In this document: positions 29,156 through 39,700 of the stretch, in pieces | How the letters are laid out: every line of letters starts with the position of its first letter | Numbering within the stretch: position 1 is the stretch's first letter | NCBI GenBank assembly: GCA_041690135.1 | Contig: JAWLHY010000017.1 | Location: 64,001-128,000 of the forward strand | Source of the DNA: Armatimonadota bacterium | Lineage (GTDB): Bacteria; Armatimonadota; SYMT01 | Reading direction: 5' to 3' | Length of the DNA stretch: 64,000 nucleotides | Notes under the pieces: model-generated | What the model saw: the letters and a program-made list of their open reading frames with translations, nothing else | The model's database searches: none | What the model was told of the DNA's origin: nothing | Translations under genes and position numbers: made by a program

Positions 29156-31075
29156 TTAACCCGGGCGCCGGAGCCCTTCCGCGGGTGCGGATCTTCGTTC
29201 CGCATTCTTGTAATTCTCTCGCGCGGGTAGGGACGGGAGGGATTCCCGGAGGATGACGCCGAGCGGCGCACCCCCCGCGCGACTCACGTGCTCACCCCAT
29301 TTTCGCAACTGATCAACCCGCATCCCACGCGTTTGAACGCCCAGCAGCACGCCATCGACCTTTTCGGCCAGGCGCAGCGTATCCGTTCGTTCCGGGTGGA
29401 GACTTCCCCGCACGATGACCACGTCGAAGCGCTCCTTCAACCGGTCTAGGAGATCGCCGGCGGCGGCTGACCCCAGGAGATCCGCCGGATTCGGGGGAAT
29501 CGGTCCGGCCGGGAGGAGCCACAGCCCGATCACGTCGGTGGGGGAGAGCACTTCATCTTCTCCGCGCAGACCTGCCAGAACTTGCGACAGTCCCACGCGA
29601 TGGGCGAGGTGCTCACCCCGGAGATCCGAGCGACCGCCACTTCGGAGATCTGCGTCCACCAGAACGACGCGCTTTCCGGCGCTTGCCAGTGCGCCGCCGA
29701 TCGTTTCCGTAACGGAGCTGGTGAAAACAGGGCCTGCTTCCAAAACCAGCAAGGTACGTGCTCGCTGGGGGATGCCGGCATACTCGAGGTTCTCCAGCAC
29801 CGGGTGTAGCTTCGATGGCGTGGCAGTGTCCCAAATTGCACGGCCCGACGGGCGAGCGGGCAGAACTCCTAGCAGTGATAGTCCGGCTCTCTCAACGTCT
29901 TTGGCGGTGTTCACGAAGCTTCCCAATCGCTCGCGCACGACCACCATCGCCGTCCCGCAGCAAAGGGCGCCGGCCAGTACGACCGCCACCTGCATGGCTG
30001 GGTTCGGCCAAAAGGGACGCGAGGGAACCGAGGCCGGTTCTACGGATCGGAAGGCCGGGAGTTGGGAGCCTCCGGCTTGCAGCCCCACCAATCGCTCCGT
30101 AAGGGCGCGAACGGTGGCGAGGACGGTCTCCCGCCGCTGCTGGAGGTGGTTGGCTTCGCGGCGCCGGCGCTGGAGGCCCACCTCTGCGGCGGTTGCCACC
30201 ACAAGGGCCGCCTTCGCCTGTCGTGCCTGCCGTTCGGTCGTACGCAGGTTTGTCTCCAGGGCTTGGAGGTGCTGGGCGAGCTGAATGGATGTAGGCGATG
30301 TCGAGGGTGCTGTCCCGCTCTCTTCGGGACGGTCGGGCTCGGCACCGGCAGGCTCCCGTGTGTGAAGGTGAAGTTCATCCCGGGTCTGCGCGATCTTCCG
30401 TACCGTCGCCTGCCGGACCTCCCAGAGCGCCGCGATTTGCAAGCGGAGCTTTCCGATTTCGGCCGTACCATCGCCAGGAGAACGAAGGCCTCCGGTCTCT
30501 TGAAGGCGCAGTAGCCGTTTTTCGATCCGGTTCAACTCCGCCTGAGCGGTCGTTCGTTCCTGATTCAGGTATGCCATCTGGTTGCGAAGGATGCGTGAGC
30601 GCCCCTCCTCCACCTCCGCCGCGTACAGGGTGACGATGCGGGTGGCGAGTGCGGCGGCCCGGTCCGGACTCGTTGCTTCCACGATCAGGTCCACCACTTC
30701 GGACCCTGCAGTATGCTCCACCCTTACCACTCCATCCCTAACCGCGTCGGGCGACGGCAACCCCTCCCGGCGGGCCCGCGTGTGGAGACCTTCATCGGCA
30801 AGCAGTTGAGCGTGAGTGGCGGGGTTTTCCACCGGTGCGGCGAAAGCCTGGGCCAGGCGCGCACCCTTATCTTCTTCCGCTGTGAGCTTTCCCGGCGGAG
30901 TAACGACCAGTCGAGCCCGTGCGCGATAGAGCGGGCGGAGGGTCGTCGCGGACCAGGTTCCACAGCCGCAGGCAACGGCAAAGGCGGCCCAGAAGCTCCA
31001 CTTCCGACGGCGGAAGGTACCCCACCAGTCTTCCGGAGCAGGTGTGGTTTCGCCGGGAATCGCGGTGGAGGTCAA
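29156..31075 (-). CDS. Polysaccharide co-polymerase (Wzc/GumC-like) with degenerate tyrosine-kinase domain
   Basis: RRRKW plus TM1, YRARARL, coiled-coil, EPASVPSRPFWPN plus TM2, KRVVLVDADLR, GLSQVL, PAGPIPPNPADLL. Start uncertain (TTG 31075 with AAGG upstream, or track start 31198). Confidence 0.82.
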   Translation of the reverse strand: MTSTAIPGETTPAPEDWWGTFRRRKWSFWAAFAVACGCGTWSATTLRPLYRARARLVVTPPGKLTAEEDKGARLAQAFAAPVENPATHAQLLADEGLHTRARREGLPSPDAVRDGVVRVEHTAGSEVVDLIVEATSPDRAAALATRIVTLYAAEVEEGRSRILRNQMAYLNQERTTAQAELNRIEKRLLRLQETGGLRSPGDGTAEIGKLRLQIAALWEVRQATVRKIAQTRDELHLHTREPAGAEPDRPEESGTAPSTSPTSIQLAQHLQALETNLRTTERQARQAKAALVVATAAEVGLQRRRREANHLQQRRETVLATVRALTERLVGLQAGGSQLPAFRSVEPASVPSRPFWPNPAMQVAVVLAGALCCGTAMVVVRERLGSFVNTAKDVERAGLSLLGVLPARPSGRAIWDTATPSKLHPVLENLEYAGIPQRARTLLVLEAGPVFTSSVTETIGGALASAGKRVVLVDADLRSGGRSDLRGEHLAHRVGLSQVLAGLRGEDEVLSPTDVIGLWLLPAGPIPPNPADLLGSAAAGDLLDRLKERFDVVIVRGSLHPERTDTLRLAEKVDGVLLGVQTRGMRVDQLRKWGEHVSRAGGAPLGVILRESLPSLPARENYKNAERRSAPAEGLRRPG

Positions 31076-31496
31076 CGTGCGCACCTTTTGTGGAGCCGTT
31101 GGAGCATGCGTTCGGATTTCACTCCAGGTTTGCGGCGCAATGGCGGAGAAGTGGGACCATGTAAAGGGAGGTAAGGCAGCCCGTACATTGCGTAGCACTC
31201 TCGATTACATGAACCGAGAGGCGAGGGTGGTAAGCCGGAGCAAGTCGAAGGCAGTCGGACCGCTTCTCCTGCCGGTTTACAGTTATAATTTCGGAGCCCA
31301 GCAGAGGTCCGAACAAGGCCCTTTCTGCCCAATCGTGCAGATGAGATAAGGACAAGCGGCCGGACCGCACCAATCAATACGGAGAACGCAGCCGTTATGT
31401 CGGCAAGTGCCGCGTCCGGCTCGCTGCTTCACCATTCCCGTTGCGCCCGCAGGTACCTTTGATCACCCAGCTTCCTAGCGAGGGTTTCACACGCCC

Positions 31497-32528
31497 ATGA
31501 GCCAGCGATTACTCATCCTCGCCGACGGGGAACTCGGCGTATTCACCGCAAAAACGACCACCAGCCTGATCCGCTACCGCGCCGCCGACACCGTAGCAGT
31601 TCTGGATCGGCAGCATGCGGGCCGGACCACACGGGAAGTGTTGGACGTACCCGCCGCCGTTCCCATCGTCGCCACGCTGGAAGAAGGACTCTCGTTCCAG
31701 CCGGACACCCTGGTGATTGGCATTTCTCCTTCGGGCGGGCAACTTCCGGAGCGGTGGCGAGCCGTGATCCGGGCGGCGATCCGTGCGGGGCTCGATGTGG
31801 TCTCGGGCCTGCACGTATTTCTGGGCGAGGACCGGGAGTTCGCGGAGTTGGCCCGGGAATGCGACGTTCGGCTGGTGGATCTCCGTCGCCCGCCGGACGG
31901 ACAGCCGATCGCCCATATGCTCGCGCGGGAAACGCGCGCTCGTCGAGTGCTGACGGTCGGTACAGACTGCAACGTAGGTAAGATGGTCGCGGCGCTCGAG
32001 TTAACAGCCTCGGCCCGGCGCCGGGGGCTTGACGCCCGGTTTCTGGCTACGGGCCAGACCGGAATGTTGATTTCCGGGGGTGGGTTGACCCTCGATCGGA
32101 TCCCGGGTGACTTCATGGCGGGCTTCATCGAGCAACTCGTCCTGCAACACCGCGACGCCGGGATCGCCTTCGTCGAGGGCCAGGGCTGCCTCCTCCACCC
32201 GGCCTATTCCGGAGTGACGCTCTCACTCCTGCATGGCTCCCTTCCGGATGCGATGATTCTCGTCCACCATGCGGGGCGCTCGCAGATGCGCAACCAGCAA
32301 ATGCCGATTCCCCCTCTTCCGGATTGGGTCCGCCGGTACGAAGATGCCCTGGCCCCGCTCCACCCAGGTCGCGTGGTGGGAATCGCCATCAATCCTTACG
32401 GTCTCACTTCCAAAGAGGCTGCGGAAGCTGTCCGGCAAGCGGAAGGGGAGACCGGATTGCCCGCCGTGGATGTAGTGGTCGATGGTGCCGACCGTTTGCT
32501 GGAAGCCATCTTAAGCGAGCGAAGCTGA
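31497..32528 (+). CDS. DUF1611 family protein (DgcN-like P-loop / N-acyltransferase)
   Basis: AKTTTSLIRY, GISPSGGQLP, VVSGLH, LTVGTDCNVGKM, ATGQTG, VEGQGCLLHPAYSGVTLSLLHGS. Confidence 0.9.
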   Translation: MSQRLLILADGELGVFTAKTTTSLIRYRAADTVAVLDRQHAGRTTREVLDVPAAVPIVATLEEGLSFQPDTLVIGISPSGGQLPERWRAVIRAAIRAGLDVVSGLHVFLGEDREFAELARECDVRLVDLRRPPDGQPIAHMLARETRARRVLTVGTDCNVGKMVAALELTASARRRGLDARFLATGQTGMLISGGGLTLDRIPGDFMAGFIEQLVLQHRDAGIAFVEGQGCLLHPAYSGVTLSLLHGSLPDAMILVHHAGRSQMRNQQMPIPPLPDWVRRYEDALAPLHPGRVVGIAINPYGLTSKEAAEAVRQAEGETGLPAVDVVVDGADRLLEAILSERS

Positions 32529-32535
32529 CGGGGTA

Positions 32536-32596
32536 AGGTGCTTTCGCACCTCCAGCGACACCGGCGCCTCTGCCACCCCCACCTTTCGGTGTCGCT
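32536..32596. terminator. Hairpins between convergent DUF1611 and PHP genes
   Basis: AGGTGC-TTTC-GCACCT (32536-32551) and a 10-bp inverted repeat AGCGACACCG/CGGTGTCGCT (32554-32563/32587-32596). Confidence 0.45.
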
Positions 32597-32600
32597 CGGC

Positions 32601-33395
32601 CTAAAGCGGGTAGGGAATGCGCTCCCGTTGCTGGAATCGCACGAGTTCCCGGTATCCGGCCTCGCGGGCCAACTCGCGGGCGCGCTGGAAGTCGCGGGTC
32701 AGGAACTCCGGAAAGTGCGCGTCCGCGTTGATCAGGAGAGGAATCGCGCGTTTCCGGGCCTCCACCAGCAGCTCCAGCGAAGGGTACGCCTCTTGGGCAG
32801 GGAGGCTCCAGCCGGCAGTGTTGATCTCAATCGCCATGTCGGCGTCGCGGATCGCGTCCAGTGCCTCCCGGGCCTCCCTCCGGAGATCCACGGTGGGACG
32901 GTGCCCGAACTTCTTGGCCAGGTCGATGTGCCCCACGAAGTCGAAGGTGCCGCTCTCCGCCATTTGTCGCACGCGCACCCAGTACATGCGCCACATCTCA
33001 TCACGTTCTTCGACGGTGAGCGCGTCCCACTTCTGGCCCGTTTCATCGATGGGGAAGTCCTCGACGTAGTGGACCGAGCCGATGAGGTAATCGAACGGGT
33101 AGACGCCCAGCCGTTCCCGCACCTCGTCGACGGTCTCCGGGAAGAAGTCGGCCTCCACTCCCAGCCGCAGCGCGAGTCCCTTCACCTCCAGGGCGGCCGC
33201 CCGGATCTGCAGGACGTAGTCACCCAACAGGTCCAGAGGCATCGACCAGTCCACCTCCACCCGGTCCGGGCGGAGCACGTAATGGTCCGAAATGCCCAGT
33301 TCATCCAATCCGATTTGCTGGGCCGCGTGAATCTGCGCCGCAAGGGTGGGAGCGCCGTCGCTCCAGTTCGTGTGGTTGTGGTAAGAGGTAAGCAT
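32601..33395 (-). CDS. Histidinol-phosphatase, PHP family (HisJ/HisK-type)
   Basis: YHNHT, GISDH, GVEAD, DYLIGSVH, GHIDLAKK, EINTAG, NADAH metal-binding motifs. Start ATG 33395. Confidence 0.85.
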   Translation of the reverse strand: MLTSYHNHTNWSDGAPTLAAQIHAAQQIGLDELGISDHYVLRPDRVEVDWSMPLDLLGDYVLQIRAAALEVKGLALRLGVEADFFPETVDEVRERLGVYPFDYLIGSVHYVEDFPIDETGQKWDALTVEERDEMWRMYWVRVRQMAESGTFDFVGHIDLAKKFGHRPTVDLRREAREALDAIRDADMAIEINTAGWSLPAQEAYPSLELLVEARKRAIPLLINADAHFPEFLTRDFQRARELAREAGYRELVRFQQRERIPYPL

Positions 33396-33743
33396 GAGTG
33401 GCTGTCGAGAGGGCATTGCTGCGAAATACCGCAGTTACTACCCACCACCTATCAGTATAGACCGACCAGCGACCCATTGAGCGTTATGCCGCCGGATAGG
33501 AGGTCGCATGCCCAACACCGCACTGACTGCACACTAAAGAACGTCCGGGGAGCCTGGTTGGTAAACGATTTTACAGGGGATGGCAGGAACACCAGGCGGG
33601 AAGGCGGAACTCTGGGGTGAGCTACATACCGGCCGGCTGCCACATTCGTCACGAGCCGGCCAGAAATGTGCCATTTTAACGCTTTATCTACCCCCGCTAC
33701 CACCGTCGGCAGCGAAGCCGGTTTCTGGAGAGGACCCCGCAGG

Positions 33744-36700
33744 ATGGCCACCGCATCTCCTCCGCGTACACCCCGCCTTCGAGGCGCTTCATTATTCCTC
33801 GTTCTTGCTTTCCTTTCGCTGGGTACGCTCTGCTTTGCCGCAGGAGAACCCGCATCCCCCTATCGCGGAGGGTTCCTCGCATCCCAGTTGGAGGACGGCG
33901 GTGACCGGAGCGGTCCGCTGCCGGACTTCGACGTGCAGGCGGCACGGGGGACCGTGCTCCCCGCCTTGCCGGAGCGCACTGCGGATGCCGTAGCAGGAGA
34001 GCTACCCGCCGGAAGCCGGGTGCGCTTGAGTGCATTAACCCGGCGGGCTAGCCGGGTCGCGCACCCCCACCGCGCCCTGACCTTGCCATCCACCGGAACT
34101 GCCCTGGAGATTGCCAAGCGGTTTCTCGCCGATCAACCGGCTCTGTTCGGTCTTGGGCGCGGGGAGGTCCAGGCGCTCCAGGCCACCCGCAACTACACAA
34201 CGAAAGGGCTCGACGTCACCCACCTGACGGTAACCCAGCAGCACCGGGGGATTCCCGTCTTCCAGTCTGAGATGGTTCTGAACGTCGGCCGCGGCGGCCG
34301 CCTTCTTTCGGTGGCCGGCGAATTGGTCCCTCGCCTCGAGGGGACGGTCAACACGGTGGCGCCGGCCCTGAGTGCGGCTGGGGCATTGACCATTGCTTGC
34401 CGCAATATCGGGCTGGTGGTCGCGCAACCCCCAGTTCCGGCGGGCCCGCCGGCCGGTCCGCGCCAGCGGATAACCTTTGCCGCGGGAGAAACATTCCCGC
34501 TTCCCATCACGGCGGAACTCTCTTATATCCAGGTAGCCCCCGGTAGCACCCGCCTGGCGTGGGACCTCATCTTATTCCAGCGCAACGCACCCGACATCTA
34601 TCATTTCCTGGTGGATGCCGTGAGCGGGGCGGTGCTCTTCCGGAAGAACTACACCCAGTATGCGCAGGGCCTGGTCTATCACCGCGACAGCCCGCAGGAC
34701 GGCACACCTTACCTGGGTGTCGAGCCACCGGTGCTGCAACGGGTACTACGTCCGTTCGACGGAAGCATAATTTTCAGCCCAGCCGATCCTCACTTCGATT
34801 GGTGGGCGGGGGCGCCGCAAACCACCACCGAAACCAACAACGTACGGGCCGGCTTGAACCGTGAAGGACCCACGTTGCCTATTCTGACCACGCAACCGAA
34901 CCAGGTGAGTGCACCGGCTGGGAATTTCAGCTTCCCGCTAGATCTCTCCCAACAGCCGTCCGCGTGGACCGATGCAGCTGTCACCAACCTTTTCTACTGG
35001 AACAATATCTGTCACGACGTGTGGTACCATTTCGGGTTTACCGAGACGGCCGGGAACTTCCAGAACTCCAACTTTGGGCTGGGTGGGGGTGAGGCGGATC
35101 ATGTCATCGCTCTCGCACAACACGGAGCCGATCTCAATCCCCCCCAACGCGGCAACGCCTTCATGGCCACGCTGCCCGATGGGCTGCCTGGCTTTATGGC
35201 GATGTTTGAGTTCGATCTCACCAACCCACTCCGCGATTCCGACCTGGATAACGGAGTCATCATCCACGAATATGGCCACGGTTTAAGTAACCGGCTGATC
35301 GGCAATGGCAACGGCCTGAATGGCTTCCAAAGTGGATCGATGGGTGAAGGGTGGTCCGACTTTTGTGCCCTGACCATCCTCGCGGAGCCGACAGACGATA
35401 TCCATGGCCGGTATCCCATGGGCGGCTGGGTTCTGAACGATTTCGCGAACGGCATCCGCAGTCAGACATACAGCTCAGATCCGGCGGTGTTCACACGAAC
35501 TTACGGAGAAATCTCCGACCTGTTTCCGTTTGTACACACTGCCGGGGAAATTATGGCGAACGCGCTCTGGCAGATGTACGTGAAGCTGGTGGAGCGGTTT
35601 GGGTTCACGGAAGGGCGGGAGCGGGCCATGCAGCTCTTCGTGGATGGCCTGAAGCTGTCGCCGGTCAACCCCACTTTCCTGGACTACCGGGACGCCATTC
35701 TCCTGGCGGATACCCAGCGCTACTCCGGTGAACACCTGGACGAAATCTGGAGGTCGTTCGCCTCGCGTGGAATGGGCCTCTCCGCGTCCACGACGGATAC
35801 CGATGACATCAATCCGGTAGAGGCCTTCGACTTCCCGATCAACGTCTTCTCGATTTCCGGGCGAGCATCCGTTGGTGGGATAGGCGTGGGCGGCGTGCAG
35901 GTGACCGCTACCGACCCGACTCTCGTAACGATGGAAAACCCGACGGGATTGGTTGCGTCCGAGGTGACGGCAGCGGATGGCACCTACACCCTGGCGGGCC
36001 TGAAAGCCGCCAGTCTGCGCGTTTCCGCTGTCTTCCCGAACTTTAGCTTCGCCCCCCCGCAGGTGATTGTCGCGGTTCCGCCGATCGCGGAAGGCGTGAA
36101 CTTCGTGGGGCAGCAGGTTTCTCCGATCCCCGGTCCTCCCGGTTTGACGGCGGCGGCTGTTTCTTCCCGAGAGATCCGCCTGGATTGGCAGGATAACTTC
36201 GGCGATGAGACCGTTTTCGAGATCGAGCGCAAGGACGCGGGAGGGGCCTTCACTCAGATTGCCGCGGTGGGCGCCAATATCACGAGTTTTTCCGATGGAG
36301 GCCGGGCGCCGAACAGCACCTATGTCTACCGCGTCCGGGCGATCCTGCCGTACGCGGTGAGCGTGTACTCCGATGAAGCATCGGCGTTGACTTTCCCGGA
36401 GGCTCCCTCGGCGTTGACCGCGCGAGTAATTTCGGACACGCGGATCGACCTGAGCTGGACGCCGGCCACCGGGGGGCAGGCGAGTTTCCGGTTAGAGCGG
36501 GTCGTGGGCGGCTCGATCCAGACCGGAAGCGGTTTGGCGAATATTACCGTCGCCGGCGATCAGGTTGCTTACACGGACGCGGCGGTCGCGGCGCACACCA
36601 CTTACGCCTATCGGATCCGCGCGGTGAATGCCAGTGGTGAGTCGCCGGCATCGCGAGAGGCCGGAGGGACGACCCTGCGCGCGAAGCCGGCGGCGCCCGG

Positions 36701-39700
36701 GGGTCTGACAGTCATGGCGAATTCGAGCAGCACGCTGCGGTTGTCATGGGTGGATCAAAGCGACAACGAGACCTTCTTCCGGGTGGAGCGCTCGGAGGAC
36801 AACGGGACCACCTGGCCGGTGAGCCGTTCCGTCGACGGGTCGAGTGGGTCGGGGGCCGGTGTTGAGTTAGTAGAGAGTGGCCTCACCGCGAACACCCGCT
36901 ATACCTTCCGGGTCCTGGCTGTGAATGTGAACCATGCTTCGGACCCCGCCGGTCCCGTGAGCCGTTTGACGGCGCCGGCCCGGCCCACGGGTCTGGCGGC
37001 TTCGAGCCTGGGCGGCAATTCGGTGAAGCTGGTGTGGAGTGACAACAGCCCTCAGCCATCCGATTTCCGCGTGGAGCGACGTACCGGAGCCGGGATGTAT
37101 GGCTTGCTCGGTACGGTTGCGGCCGGAAGCACCACCTATACCGACACCACGGTGTCGTCGAATACGCAGTACTTCTACCGGGTACAGGCGGTGAACGTCG
37201 ACGCCGCATCGGAGTTCTCGAACGAGGCCGAGATCAGTACCCCTCCGGATGCACCGCTAGCGCCGGTCGGCCTGTCCCTGGAAGTCCTTTCGAGCCGGGA
37301 GATCCGGCTGACCTGGTCCGATCAGAGCCTTTTGGAGCAGTCCTTCAAAATAGAACGGCGAGTGGCGGATGACGCGCCGGGGTTCCGGCAGGTCGCGACC
37401 GTGCCCGCCGCCGACGGGACTGGATCCGTGGTGGCCTACCTCGACGGCGGCTTGGTTCCCGCCACCCGCTACGCCTACCGGGTACGCGCGGCGAATGCCG
37501 GCGGCAATTCGGCCTACACCGGCGAAGTGAGTGCCCGGACTCTTCCCAACCCGCCTGGTGTGCCTTCCGGGCTGGGCGTGAGTGTGGTGTCGCAGAACGA
37601 GCTCAAGCTGACCTGGATCGATGGGAGTTCCGATGAGACGGGATTCAAGATCGAGCGCTCTCTGGATGGGATGTCGTTCACCCAGATCGATACCGCCGCG
37701 GAGAACGCCACTTCCTACTCGAACTCGGGACTCCTTCCGAATACGGCCTACTATTACCGCGTTCGCGCCACCAACGATGGCGGTGACTCCGCCTACTCCA
37801 ACGTCGCCAGCGGCACGACGCAGCCGGAGGTTCCGCAGTCTCCGACCGGTTTGAGCGCCTTGGTCTCTCCGACCGGTGTCCAATTATCTTGGTCCGACAC
37901 CAGCGACAATGAGACCGGCTTCCGGTTGGAGCGGTCGACAGATGGCGTAGCGTTCAGCCTCCTCGTGGTGCTGGGAATGGATGCCTCGAGCCACACCGAT
38001 CAAAGCGTGGCGCCGAATACCACCTACTGGTACCAGGTGCGAGCGGTCAATGCCGGCGGCCCATCGGAGGCCTCCAACCAGGTGATGGTGCGCACGCCTC
38101 CGCTGCCGCCCAGCGCGCCTTCCGACCTGCAGGTGGCTGTCGTCTCCGAATCCGAACTGGCACTGACCTGGCAGGATAACAGCAATAACGAGGATGGCTT
38201 CGAAGTGGACCGCCGCGAGGGTGACGGACCGTTCTCCCGAGTTGCAACCCTTCCCGCCCAAGCGGCGAGTTTCGACGATACGGGTCTGGCGTCCAACACG
38301 GAGTACCACTACCGGGTGCGGGCAGTCAATGCCGGGGGGGCCTCGGCGTATACCCCTACCATCGGCCGCTTCACGCTTCCATCCGTTCCGAGCGGCATCT
38401 CCGCCATGGCGACTGCGCAGCAACGGATCGATCTGATTTGGACCGATACCAGTGCGCGGCCTTCTGCTTTCCGCGTGGAACGGGCGACGGGCATGAGCGG
38501 AACCTGGACCCAGATTGCGGTGACAGCAGTCGGGGCTTCCAGCTACCAGGATACGGGGCTCCCGGTTTTCGCGGAGTATCGCTATCGGGTGCGTGCCACG
38601 AACCCGTCGGGAGATTCCGCTTCCTCGAACGAAGCTTCCGCCCGGACCCTGCCCCTGCCGCCCGCGGCACCCACGGACCTGCGGATCGCTCAGGCGACGC
38701 AAACGACCCTCACCCTGGGTTGGACGGATCGAAGTGGGAACGAGCTCGGGTTTAAAGTGGAGCAGTCGGACAATGGGGGGGAGAGTTTTGCGCAAGTTCG
38801 TCAACTAGGAGCGAACTCGGATTCCGTGACGGTGGATGGGCTCGCGCCCGCAACCACCTACCAGTTCCGAGTCCGCGCATTCAACGCCGGCGGAGACTCC
38901 GCTTACACTTCCACACTGGCGGCTGCCACCCTCCCGCTGGCGCCCGGAACTCCCTCCGGACTGATCGTGAGCCTCGCACCGGGAGCCCAAACGGCGCCCG
39001 GCGCGCTGGCACCCGGTGCTACATCATTGGTACTGAGCTGGACGGACAACAGCAGTACGGAGACGGGTTTCCGCATCGAACGCTCGTCGAATGGCGGTGA
39101 AACCTTCGCTGTCGTGGGGCTGGTCGGAGCGGACGTGACGTCCTACGTGGATACCAGTCTCACGGCGGCTACGACGTACACCTACCAGGTTCGGTCCGTT
39201 AACGCGGGGGGTGACTCCGCTCCGTCCGGCATGGCGTCGCATGTTACGCTGCCCGCGCCTCCCGTCGCACCCACGGCATTGACGGCCGTCGCGAAGTCCG
39301 CGGCAGCGGTCCAAGTCACCTGGACGGACGCCAGCACCGATGAGACGGGCTTCCGCATCGAGCGCCGGGTTTCGAACGGGTCGTTCAGTGTCCTGGCAAC
39401 GGTAGGGGCGGGTAGCCAATCTCATACAGACGGAACCGTCGCGGCGGGCGCGACGTACCGCTACCGGATCGCCGCGGAGAATGCGGGTGGCCTTTCAACC
39501 TTCACCGAAACTGAGGTTGTGCTCCCGCTGGGCCTGGTCTCCATAGCCCTGACCGGCGATAGCGTGCGGGGTGGCAGGTCCGTTCGGGGCACCGTAACGC
39601 TATCGGGACCCGCTCCCCGCGGCGGAGCGCTGGTGATCCTGACCAGCAGCGATCCCGTCGTCCGGGTTCCTAGAAAGGTGCGGATCTCGCCGGGACGGAC

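Noticed and set aside
27928-29256. 442-aa plus-strand ORF (likewise 12933-14243, 15926-17089, 32538-33620, 55714-57066)
   Set aside because: Antisense to well-supported genes; no motifs; long shadow ORFs are expected at this GC content.
31284-31289. TATAAT in the divergent wzc/DUF1611 gap
   Set aside because: No matching -35 element, and the direction is ambiguous; not enough to call a promoter.
36130-39520. Periodic DNA similarity that might suggest a CRISPR array or tandem repeat
   Set aside because: It is coding FN3 repetition (also PNGGE repeats at 46.1-51.9 kb); no identical direct repeats with spacers and no cas genes.
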